64,000 nucleotides of DNA. Origin: Candidatus Eiseniibacteriota bacterium. Lineage in GTDB: Bacteria > Eisenbacteria > RBG-16-71-46. Every line of letters begins with the position of its first letter. Position 1 is the stretch's first letter. A program made the translations under genes and the position numbers. Location of the stretch: positions 28,073 through 92,072 of the forward strand of contig JAXLXR010000015.1 in NCBI GenBank assembly GCA_046327815.1, in the 5' to 3' direction. The notes under the pieces are model-generated. The model ran no database searches. It was not told where the DNA came from and saw nothing but the letters and a program-made list of their open reading frames with translations. This document shows, in pieces, positions 47,420-56,016 of the stretch.

Positions 47420-50128
47420 CTACTTCGCCTTCAGTCCGCGCTTCCAGTCCGAGACCAAAACCACGGGCGCCGCGCCTTCGGAGGCGAGCGCGTTGACCAG
47501 GATGTGCTCGCCGTCCGGCGAAACCGCGAAGCTGCGGCTGGTCGGTCGCACGATCGCGCGGAACAGCACGCCTTCCTCTCCCGCGTGGCCGTCGCGCCGG
47601 TCGAACGGCACCGAGCACACCGCGCCGTCGGCGCGTACGTAGACCAGTTCGCGATCGTCCAGGCCCCAGCACGGGATCGCGCCTCCGTGGAACGTGGCCT
47701 GCACCCGCGGACCGTCGACTCCGCCGATCGCCCACGACGCCGGGCGCACGTACACCTCGGGATTGCCCGAGTCGTGCGACGCGGAATACGCGAACCAGCG
47801 CCCGTCGTGAGAGAAGCGCCCGAACGTCACGCCCCCCGGAATCGCGGCGATCGGCCGCGACGCCGAGCCGTCCACGGGCACGAACAGCAGGGAGTCGCCC
47901 ACGTAGCTCGCGGCCGATCCGAGCACCGCGACGACGCCGCTGCCGTCGGGCGCCCAGTCGAGCGCCCACGCGTCGCGCGGCGACACCCGCACGAGCCGCG
48001 GCGGCACGCTGCCGTCGAGCGGCACGAACACGGGCGAGTACGGGCCGAAACGTGACGCGGGCTGGCGCGCGAACGTGACCCAGCGGCCGTCGCGGCTCGC
48101 GATCGGCATGTTGTCGTCGTCCTCGCCGGTCGTGATCGGGCGCACGGTGCCACGCGCGAAGTCGAACTGGTAGACGTCGGCATTCGGCTTCTCGGCCCAC
48201 GCGAACAGGAAGCTGCGCCCGTCGGGCATGAACTCGACGTCGAAGAAGTTGCCGCTCCTCGGCACGGTCGTCGTGCGGTGGCCGGTGCGGTCGTAGAGCC
48301 ACACGCGGCTGCCCTGGTCGCCACCGTTCGCCTGGTACGCCAGCAGCCCGCCGGCCGCGGAGAAGTTCATCTTCCACGTGGACAGGTCGAACTGCACGCG
48401 TTCGGCCGTCGGGTACGAGTCGCCTTGGAGCCGCCGCGAGCCCGCATCGAACGGCTGCGCCATGAGCACGCTGTCGCGCACGAAGAACAGGCGCCCCTCG
48501 GCATAGACCGCGTCGGTGAGGTTGTCGAACAGCCGGCGGTTCTCGCGGCCGTCCACCGACGCGACCCAGACCGAGTTGTTCGGGCCCGCCGGCGCGTCGT
48601 GCGATCCGGCGAAGTACAGGAAGTGCTTGCCGTCGGGAAGCAGGGACGGCCAGCGCAGCGTGGTGAAACGCGTCGTGTCGAGCGGCACCGCGAGCTGCGG
48701 CGTGCCGCCGCTCGCCTTCACGCGGTAGATCGCCGACTGGTAGTAAGGCGAAAAGAGGATTTCGTCGTCCTTCGCCCACGTCCCGCCCCGCCCCGCCTGC
48801 GCTTCGCAGATCGCGAGCACCTGCCCCGTCGCGAGGTCCACGCGCCGCAGCTTGAGACCGGCGAAGAATCCCAGCGAGCGGCCGTCGTACGACCAGAACG
48901 GGAACGTCGCGTTCTCGGTCCCCGGCAGCGGCCGCGCGACCAGCTCGTCCACGTCGCGCACCCACAACCGCGCGCCGACCTCGTTGTCCACCGCGACGAA
49001 CGCCAGCCGCGTGCCGTCGGGCGACAGCACGGGCGGTCCGGCGTTGTCGCCCGTGAACAGGAACACCGCGTTCGGCGGCGGGTTCACCACCGCGCGCAGT
49101 GCCGTGCGCGAGGGCGCCGGGCGCCACGTGGCGAACGCACCCCAGCCGAGCGCGGCCACCGCGAGCGCCGCCAGGGCGGGCACCGTCCACGCACTCGCGC
49201 GACGCGGCGTGACTGCGGCGGAAGGCGCGCCGGCCTGCGAGCCGCCGCCGCCCTCGCCCAGCCACTGCAGCTGCAGCCGCACGTCGTGCGCGGTCTGGAT
49301 GCGCTCGTCGGGCTCCTTGGCGAGCAGAGCGGTCACGAGGCGCGCGAGCGGCGGCGGGCTCATCGGCGCGAGCTCGGCGAGCGGTCGCGGCGTGTCGCGC
49401 ATGATCGCGCTGATGAGCGACGCCTGCGTGCGGCCTTCGTACGCGCGCACGCCCGTGATCATCTCGTACAGCACGCAACCGAACGCCCACAGGTCGCTGC
49501 GCGCGTCGGCCTCGCGGCCTTCGAGCTGCTCGGGCGCCATGTACTGGAACGTGCCGACGATCGCGCCTTCGGCGGTGAGCGGCGACGCCACGGTCGGGTG
49601 CTGCGTGAGCGCGGTCATGGTGGCGCCGCTGCCGCTCACGGGCCCGGCGGCGGCCGTGGCGCGCGCGAGGCCGAAATCCATGAGCTTGGCGCCCGAGCGC
49701 GTCACCATGACGTTGCCGGGCTTGAGATCGCGGTGCACCACGCCCGCGCGGTGCGCGCGGTCGAGCGCGTCGGCGATCTGCGCGCCGAGCCGCAGCACGT
49801 CGGCGAGCGGGAGCGCGCCACGGCGCAGCCGGGCCGCGAGCGTCTCGCCCTCGACCAGCTCCATCACGAGGAAGTCGGTCTCGCCTTCGCGCCCGACGTC
49901 GTGCAGCACGCAGATGTTCGGGTGGTTCAGCCCCGAGATGGTCTTCGCCTCGCGCTCGAAGCGTGCCCGCACCTCGGGGTGCGCGCTCAGGTGCTGCGGC
50001 AGGACCTTGATGGCGACCTCGCGGCCGAGCCGTGCGTCGCGGGCGCGGTACACCTCGCCCATGCCGCCGGCGCCGAGCGGCGCGACGATTTCGTAGGGGC
50101 CGAGCTTCGTACCCGCGGCCAGCGTCAT
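47420..50128 (-). CDS. Ser/Thr protein kinase with a TM helix and a C-terminal TolB/PD40-type beta-propeller ectodomain
   Basis: MTLAAGTKLGPYEIVAPLGAGGMGEVYRARDARLGREVAIKVL. Kinase motifs conserved. TM AWTVPALAALAVAALGWGAFA. Propeller repeats (SPDGTRLAF, SYDGRSLGF, LPDGKHFLYF). Convergent with 44641..47409, with only ~10 nt between the stops. Confidence 0.9.
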   Translation of the reverse strand: MTLAAGTKLGPYEIVAPLGAGGMGEVYRARDARLGREVAIKVLPQHLSAHPEVRARFEREAKTISGLNHPNICVLHDVGREGETDFLVMELVEGETLAARLRRGALPLADVLRLGAQIADALDRAHRAGVVHRDLKPGNVMVTRSGAKLMDFGLARATAAAGPVSGSGATMTALTQHPTVASPLTAEGAIVGTFQYMAPEQLEGREADARSDLWAFGCVLYEMITGVRAYEGRTQASLISAIMRDTPRPLAELAPMSPPPLARLVTALLAKEPDERIQTAHDVRLQLQWLGEGGGGSQAGAPSAAVTPRRASAWTVPALAALAVAALGWGAFATWRPAPSRTALRAVVNPPPNAVFLFTGDNAGPPVLSPDGTRLAFVAVDNEVGARLWVRDVDELVARPLPGTENATFPFWSYDGRSLGFFAGLKLRRVDLATGQVLAICEAQAGRGGTWAKDDEILFSPYYQSAIYRVKASGGTPQLAVPLDTTRFTTLRWPSLLPDGKHFLYFAGSHDAPAGPNNSVWVASVDGRENRRLFDNLTDAVYAEGRLFFVRDSVLMAQPFDAGSRRLQGDSYPTAERVQFDLSTWKMNFSAAGGLLAYQANGGDQGSRVWLYDRTGHRTTTVPRSGNFFDVEFMPDGRSFLFAWAEKPNADVYQFDFARGTVRPITTGEDDDNMPIASRDGRWVTFARQPASRFGPYSPVFVPLDGSVPPRLVRVSPRDAWALDWAPDGSGVVAVLGSAASYVGDSLLFVPVDGSASRPIAAIPGGVTFGRFSHDGRWFAYSASHDSGNPEVYVRPASWAIGGVDGPRVQATFHGGAIPCWGLDDRELVYVRADGAVCSVPFDRRDGHAGEEGVLFRAIVRPTSRSFAVSPDGEHILVNALASEGAAPVVLVSDWKRGLKAK

Positions 50129-52380
50129 GGCTTCACCCTCCCGAACACCTCACGCACGCGTGGATCCGCGAGCAGGTCGTCGAAGAACGGCATGTGCGGG
50201 GCGACGACGAAGATCGAGTCGCGCTCCTCGTAGCCGCGCTCGGTCCATGCGAGCGCCTCGTCGGCGAGCCCCGCCGCGCACGCCGCCTTGGCGATCATGA
50301 GCGGCGAGAGCACTTCCCAGCGCGCACGTGCCGTCATCTCGTCGTGGATCGCGCGCGCATCTTCCGGCCGCCCGAGCTTGCCCGCGAGCCACGCGAGCGC
50401 GCCGAGGATCCAGGGATGCCGCCCGCTCGACGCCAGCCGGCGGCGCCCGAACGCCTCGGCCTCCTCGTGCGCTCCCGCCCACGACAGCGCGCGCACCAGG
50501 TTCCACTGCGCGAACGTCGAGTCCTCGTCCTTCGCGGCCGCACGACGTGCGACGGCGAGTGATTCGGCGTGGTACCCCGCATGACCGACCACGAACGAGT
50601 GCATGCCCAGCGCCCACGAGTTCTCGGGGTCGGCGGCGACGGTGGCCTCGGCTTCGCGCAGGGCTTCGTCGATCGGCACCGTGCCGAGCGCCCAGCCCCA
50701 GAGCGCGCGCTCGAGCCGCGCACGCGTGTGGCGCGGGTCGAGCGCGAGCGTACGCTGCCACAGCGCCTCGGCTTCGGCCGGCTTCCACTCGTACTGCGCC
50801 TCGATGTCGGCGAGCGTCGCGAGCGCCTCGGGCAGGTGCGGCTGCAGCGCCAGCGCGCGCTGGGCGAGTGCCTTGGCCTTCGGGTACAGCTCTCGCGGGT
50901 GCCCGACGCCGAACGTGCCGAGCAGGCGCCACGAGTCGGCGAGCCACGCGAGCGCCTCGGCGTACCCGGGATCGAGCGCGACCGCCTGCTCGAACAGGTC
51001 GATCGCATCCATCAGGTAGCGGCCGCGGCGCAGCTGCAGCGCTCGGCCCTTGAGGAACAGTTCGTACGCGCGCACGTTCTTCGTGCCGTGGCGCGACGCC
51101 TCGCTCCCGCCGAGCGACAGCCGGAGCTTCTCGGAGATCGCCGCGGCGATCTCGTCCTGCACCGCGAACACGTCGGTCAGTTCGCGATCGTAGCGTTCGG
51201 ACCACAGCGTGAGACCGTCGTTCACGTTCACGAGCTGCACCGTCACGCGCAGCCGCGCGCCGGCGCGGCGCACGGTGCCTTCGAGCACGGTCTGCACGCC
51301 GAGCTTCGCGCCCACCGTGCGCGGGTCCTCGCGACGGCCCTTGAACGCGAAGCTCGACGAACGTGCGGCTACGCGCAGGCCCTTGAGCTGCGCGAGCGCG
51401 TTGAGGATCTCGTCGCTCATGCCGTCGGCGAAGTACTCGTCGTCGGCGCCGCCCTGGTTCTCGAACGGCAGCACCGCGAGCGAATGCGCGGCCTCGGCTC
51501 CGGCGCCGGCCGCCGGTCGCGACGCGGCCTCCGCCAGTTCAAGCCGCACGTCGCGAATGTCGCGCGGGCGTTCGTCGGCGTTCTTGCGCAGGCAGCGGCG
51601 CAGCAGTTCGGTCACCCGCGGCGGCGTGGCCGCCGGCAGCGCGGCCCAGTCGGGTTCGCGCTCGAGGATGCGCGCGAGCAGGTCGGTCACCGTCTCGCCT
51701 TCGAACGGCGGACGGCCCGCGAGGCACTCGTAGAGCACGCAGCCGAACGACCACACGTCGCTGCGGCGGTCCACCGCGCGGCCGCGCGCCTGCTCGGGGC
51801 TCATGTACGCCGCGGTACCCAGGATCACGCCGGCCTCGGTCGGCGAGGCCGAAATGCTGCGCGTGACGTCGTCGTGCGAAGCCGTGCGCGGCGGCTCGGC
51901 GAGCTCGGACTTGGCGAGCCCGAAGTCGAGCACCTTGGCGATGCCCGACGACGTCACCATGACGTTGCCCGGCTTGAGATCGCGATGCACGAGGCTGCGC
52001 TCGTGCGCGGCCTCGACGGCGGCGGCGACCTGCCCGGCGAGCGCGAGCGCCTCGCCCACCGGCAGCGCACCGCGGCCCAGCCGCGCGGCCAGCGTTTCGC
52101 CTTCGACCAGCTCGAGCACGAGGCAGGGCGCTTCGCCCGACTCCTCGAGCCCGTAGATCGCCGCGACGTTCGGGTGGTTGAGCGCGGCCAGCGCCATGGC
52201 TTCGCGCCGGAAGCGTGCGAGCCGCTCGGCGTCGCGCGAGAAGGCGGCCGGCAGCACCTTGAGCGCCACGTCGCGGCCCAGCCGCGTGTCGCGGGCGCGA
52301 TACACCTCGCCCATGCCGCCGGCGCCCAGGGGCGCGACGACTTCGTAGGGGCCGAGGCGGGTGCCGGGGGTCAGTGGCAT
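50125..52380 (-). CDS. Ser/Thr protein kinase with a C-terminal TolB-N-like alpha/beta module and TPR repeats
   Basis: MPLTPGTRLGPYEVVAPLGAGGMGEVYRARD, HRDLKPGNVMV, DFGLAK. Followed by LAVLPFENQGGADDEYFADGMSDEILNALAQLKGLRVAARSSSFAFKG (the same module as in 42298..44586) and TPR-like helices to the C-terminus. The stop makes an ATGA overlap with the start of 47420..50128. Confidence 0.85.
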   Translation of the reverse strand: MPLTPGTRLGPYEVVAPLGAGGMGEVYRARDTRLGRDVALKVLPAAFSRDAERLARFRREAMALAALNHPNVAAIYGLEESGEAPCLVLELVEGETLAARLGRGALPVGEALALAGQVAAAVEAAHERSLVHRDLKPGNVMVTSSGIAKVLDFGLAKSELAEPPRTASHDDVTRSISASPTEAGVILGTAAYMSPEQARGRAVDRRSDVWSFGCVLYECLAGRPPFEGETVTDLLARILEREPDWAALPAATPPRVTELLRRCLRKNADERPRDIRDVRLELAEAASRPAAGAGAEAAHSLAVLPFENQGGADDEYFADGMSDEILNALAQLKGLRVAARSSSFAFKGRREDPRTVGAKLGVQTVLEGTVRRAGARLRVTVQLVNVNDGLTLWSERYDRELTDVFAVQDEIAAAISEKLRLSLGGSEASRHGTKNVRAYELFLKGRALQLRRGRYLMDAIDLFEQAVALDPGYAEALAWLADSWRLLGTFGVGHPRELYPKAKALAQRALALQPHLPEALATLADIEAQYEWKPAEAEALWQRTLALDPRHTRARLERALWGWALGTVPIDEALREAEATVAADPENSWALGMHSFVVGHAGYHAESLAVARRAAAKDEDSTFAQWNLVRALSWAGAHEEAEAFGRRRLASSGRHPWILGALAWLAGKLGRPEDARAIHDEMTARARWEVLSPLMIAKAACAAGLADEALAWTERGYEERDSIFVVAPHMPFFDDLLADPRVREVFGRVKP

Positions 52381-52441
52381 CCGCGCACGCTACCCAAGAA
52401 CGCGCTCCGCCGATACCGGAAAGCGGGCGGCAGTGGCGACC

Positions 52442-53236
52442 TCAGAAGCGCGTCCGCACGCGCGCGACGGCACCCCCGCGCGCCGGCCAGATCGCGGCCG
52501 CCACGCCCGCGGGCAACGCCCGCTGTGCCCAGCGATCGGTCGCGAACGCCACGCCGGTGCCGATCGCCGCGCCGGCGGCCACGTCGCTCGGCCAGTGCAC
52601 GTGGTCGTGGACGCGCGACCAGCCGGTGGCCGCCGCCAGCGGGTACGCGATCGCCGGCACCCAGTGCGAACGCGTCTCCGCGTCGAGCGCACCGGCGAGC
52701 GAGAACGCCATGGTCGTGTGCCCGGACGGGAAGCTGTCGTGCCCCGAGAACGGCTCGAAACGCCGGGGATCGGCGTCCTCGTGCGGGCGCCAGCGTCCCG
52801 CGGCGTTCTTGAGCGCCAGCGTGACGAGTCCCGCGCTCGCGCAGGAGAGCGCCACGCGCTCGGTCGCCGCGGCGAGCCGCGGCCGTCCCGCCAGCCGCGC
52901 GCCGGCGTCCACGGCGAGCAGCGCCGGCGCGACCGCGAGGTGGTTGCCGAACTGCTTCGCCACGCGCGCCGCGTCGCGGGCGCCGTCGCCGCCGGACGCC
53001 GCCAGCGCCCGCGACCAGCGCGCGTCGTTCGCGGCGCAGAGCGCGATCGCGGCCGTGCTTCCCGCCGCGAACGCCAGCACGGCGCGGCGCGACGGCAGCG
53101 GCAGCACGTCCGTCGCGGCGGCGGGCCCCGGCTCGGCGTGAACGCCGCACGGCGCGCCCGCGAGCGCGACCGCGAGCACGAGGGCACAGCCGAGCGCGCG
53201 GCGCACGAGGACGCGCGCGCGCCCCCGCGTGCTCAC
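52442..53236 (-). CDS. PAP2-family (type 2 phosphatidic-acid-phosphatase-like) membrane/periplasmic phosphatase
   Basis: GTG start VSTRGRARVLVRRALGCALVLAVALAGAPCGVHA (signal-like) at 53236, making a GTGA overlap with the upstream PP2C gene. PAP2 motifs KNAAGRWRP (KxxxxxxRP), PSGH and SRVHDHVHWPSD (SRxxxxxHxxxD). The track's 380-aa N-terminal extension is rejected. Confidence 0.7.
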   Translation of the reverse strand: MSTRGRARVLVRRALGCALVLAVALAGAPCGVHAEPGPAAATDVLPLPSRRAVLAFAAGSTAAIALCAANDARWSRALAASGGDGARDAARVAKQFGNHLAVAPALLAVDAGARLAGRPRLAAATERVALSCASAGLVTLALKNAAGRWRPHEDADPRRFEPFSGHDSFPSGHTTMAFSLAGALDAETRSHWVPAIAYPLAAATGWSRVHDHVHWPSDVAAGAAIGTGVAFATDRWAQRALPAGVAAAIWPARGGAVARVRTRF

Positions 53237-54852
53237 GCGCGCCGCACCATCACCAGCGTGATGTCGTCCGCGCGCGGCGTGCCGGCCGCGAACGCGTCCA
53301 CGGCGGTGATCACGTCGCGCGTGGCGGCGTCGAGATCGGGCGCGGCGGACGCCTTCGCGAGCACGTCGGCCAGGCGGTCGTCGCCGAAGAAGTCCTCGCC
53401 GCACATGGCCTCGGGAATGCCGTCGCTGTACAGCGCGAGCGTCTCGCCCGGCGCGAGCGTGGTGTGCGCGGCCGTGAACGGGAAGCTCTCCATCATGGCG
53501 ACGGGAATGCCGGTGGCCTCGAGTTCGCGCTTGCCGCCGGGCCCGATCACGTAGGGCGCGTTGTGTCCCGCGTTGCAGTAGTGCAGCTCGCCGGTCTGCG
53601 GGTCGAGGCAGCCGACGAACAGCGTCACGAACCGGCCCGCTTCGGTGGAGCGGAACAGCACGTCGTTCAGGCGCGTGACGAGTTCGGCCGGATCGGTCGT
53701 CGCGTTGTAGAGCACGCGCGCGCTGGTCACCGTGGACGACATGAGCAGTGCGGCGCCCATGCCCTTGCCCGACACGTCGCCGACCACGATCACCCAGCGG
53801 CCGTCCGAACGCGGGAAGAAGTCGTACAGGTCGCCGCCGACCTCGAAGCAGGTCTCGATGCGCGCGGCGAGCTGCCAGCCGGGCAGCGGCGGCGCGGGCG
53901 GCAGCAGCGAGCGCTGGATGCGCGTCGCCGTGGCGAGCTCCTGCGCCATGCGCTGGCGGTGCGCCTCGGACTCGAGCAGGCGGGCATTGCTGATCTTCAC
54001 GGCGGCCATGTTCGCCAGCACCGTGAACACTTCGAGGTGGTCTTCGTTGTACTCGACGCGCAGGTCGGTCGTGTCGGCGTAGAGCACGCCGAGCACCTTC
54101 TCGTTGTCGAAGAGCGGCACGGCCATGGCCGAGCGGATCGCCTGCGTCATGATGCTCTCGTGCGCGGAGAACCGCGGGTCCTCGGAGGCGTCCTTGGTGA
54201 CCACCGACTCGCACTCGTCGAGCACCGTGCGCAGGATCGTGCTGGAAAGCGCGAGCGGTTCGCGCGTGGGCACGCCGAGGTGCCGCACGGCGATCTGCTG
54301 CGGCTCCTCGCCCGGCTTGTCGCGCAGCAGGATCACCAGCCGGCGCGCGGGCACGGCGCGCTCGACCACGCGCAGCACTTCCTCGCACGTCTCGCGCAGC
54401 GGCCGCGGCAGCACGAGCATCTGCCCGGCTTCGGCCAGCAGCGCCACGAGGCGCGAGCTTTCGGAGCTCCTGCTGGCCGCCTTGTGGATGATGTCCTTGG
54501 CGCCCTTGCGCACGGCCGAGCCCAGCCCGGTGGACTCGCTGAAGCGCGTCGCGTCGGTCTTCGCCTCGAGCTCGAAGCGCGACTGGATCTGCCCGAACTC
54601 GACCATGTCGCCGGGGCGCAGTTTGACCGTGTCGTGCACGTCGGTGCCGTTCAGGCGCGTGCCGTTGCGGCTGCCGAGGTCGCGCAGCGTCCAGCCGTTC
54701 AGGTCGAACGCCAGTTCGGCGTGCTCCTTGGAGACGGTCGGGTCGGCGATCTGGATGTCGCAGCGCGACGAGCGCCCGACCCGGTAAAGTTCACCGTCCA
54801 GCGGCCAGGATTTGCGCAGTCCTTCGACGGTGACCGTGATCTGGAAACCCAT
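53233..54852 (-). CDS. FHA-domain / GAF-domain / PP2C-type (SpoIIE-like PPM) protein phosphatase
   Basis: Real start MGFQITVTVEG at 54852. N-terminal FHA (YRVGRSSRCDIQIADPTVSKEHAEL...GSRNGTRLNG). Central GAF-like region. C-terminal PPM motifs GGDLYDF, VVGDVSGKGMGAALLMS, GHNAPY and ALYSDGIPEA. The track's 468-aa N-terminal extension is rejected. Confidence 0.85.
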   Translation of the reverse strand: MGFQITVTVEGLRKSWPLDGELYRVGRSSRCDIQIADPTVSKEHAELAFDLNGWTLRDLGSRNGTRLNGTDVHDTVKLRPGDMVEFGQIQSRFELEAKTDATRFSESTGLGSAVRKGAKDIIHKAASRSSESSRLVALLAEAGQMLVLPRPLRETCEEVLRVVERAVPARRLVILLRDKPGEEPQQIAVRHLGVPTREPLALSSTILRTVLDECESVVTKDASEDPRFSAHESIMTQAIRSAMAVPLFDNEKVLGVLYADTTDLRVEYNEDHLEVFTVLANMAAVKISNARLLESEAHRQRMAQELATATRIQRSLLPPAPPLPGWQLAARIETCFEVGGDLYDFFPRSDGRWVIVVGDVSGKGMGAALLMSSTVTSARVLYNATTDPAELVTRLNDVLFRSTEAGRFVTLFVGCLDPQTGELHYCNAGHNAPYVIGPGGKRELEATGIPVAMMESFPFTAAHTTLAPGETLALYSDGIPEAMCGEDFFGDDRLADVLAKASAAPDLDAATRDVITAVDAFAAGTPRADDITLVMVRRA

Positions 54853-55050
54853 GACTCTCCCCGGGCGAGCGTGACGTCTTCGGCAATGGGCAGCCGGCAC
54901 GAGCCCGCACTGTAGCCGAGCGGGACCGGTCCCCGACACCCGAAAAGCGCCGCGCGGCGACCCTGCCGCGTTAGGACTTCCCCGCGCGAGCGTAGGTGGG
55001 GGGACGACCCGCCATCCGGCGGCGCCCCACTTCCTCGCACGGAGACCCCG

Positions 55051-55932
55051 ATGACGCCCCGCGCCCTGCCCGTGTTCGCACTTGCGCTCCTGTTCGCGTC
55101 GGCCCTGGCCGTCACCCGCCCCGCGGGGGCGGTGAACCTGGTCCCGAACCCGAGCTTCGAGACGTACACGACCTGCCCGCCCGGCTGGGGCCAGCTCAAC
55201 GTGCTCGCGCCGTGGGACACGCCCAACACCGGCACGTCGGACGCGTTCCACGCGTGCGCCCCGAACGTGTTTCCCAGCGTCAGCGTGCCGCAGAACCAGA
55301 TCGGCTGGCAGGCCGCGAACTCGGGCTCGGGCTACGCCGGCCTGATCCCCTACTCGGCCGCGCCCGACTACCGCGAGTACCTGTCGGCGCCGCTCACCCA
55401 GCCTCTGCTGCCGGGCATGCCGTACACGTTCACGTTCCACGTCTCGCTCGCCGACAGCGCCATGCTCGCGCTGGACCGGCTCGGCGCGTACTTCTCGGTG
55501 GGTCCGGTCGGGCCGCTCAACAACTACGCCGCACTGCCGTTCACGCCGCAGGTCGAGAGCGCCGCGAACGTGTTCCTCACGAACGCCGCCGGCTGGACCG
55601 CGATCACCGGCACGTTCGTCGCGGCGGGCGGCGAGAACTGGATCACGATCGGCAACTTCCACGACGACGCGAGCACGAACCTCACGCCCGGCCCGGGCAC
55701 GTGGCCCGGCGGCTCGTACTACTACGTGGACGACGTGAGCGTCGAACCGGCGCTGCCGACCGAGCAGGCGTGCTGCCTCGGCGACGGCTCGTGCTCGATG
55801 CAGTTCCCGGGCGAATGCTCGCTGCTGGGCGGCACGCCCGCGGGCCCCGGCACGACGTGCGCGGGCGGCGCGTGCACGCCGACGAACACGCGGCGCGGCA
55901 CGTGGGGCGCGCTCAAGGCGTACTACCGGTAA
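55051..55932 (+). CDS. Secreted protein with a CBM4_9-like N-terminal beta-sandwich and a Cys-rich C-terminal tail
   Basis: Signal peptide MTPRALPVFALALLFASALAVTRPAGA. Start of the mature protein VNLVPNPSFE...GW resembles the opening strand of CBM4_9 carbohydrate-binding modules. C-terminal CCLGDGSCSMQFPGECSLLGGTPAGPGTTCAGGACTPTNTRRGTWGALKAYYR. Confidence 0.55.
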   Translation: MTPRALPVFALALLFASALAVTRPAGAVNLVPNPSFETYTTCPPGWGQLNVLAPWDTPNTGTSDAFHACAPNVFPSVSVPQNQIGWQAANSGSGYAGLIPYSAAPDYREYLSAPLTQPLLPGMPYTFTFHVSLADSAMLALDRLGAYFSVGPVGPLNNYAALPFTPQVESAANVFLTNAAGWTAITGTFVAAGGENWITIGNFHDDASTNLTPGPGTWPGGSYYYVDDVSVEPALPTEQACCLGDGSCSMQFPGECSLLGGTPAGPGTTCAGGACTPTNTRRGTWGALKAYYR

Positions 55933-56016
55933 GAACCCGACCTCGGTCGCGACCGCGTGGATCGCGGGCGCGGCGAGCGCGGGACGCCGTCGGACCGGGC
56001 GTGTAACCTGCGCCGC

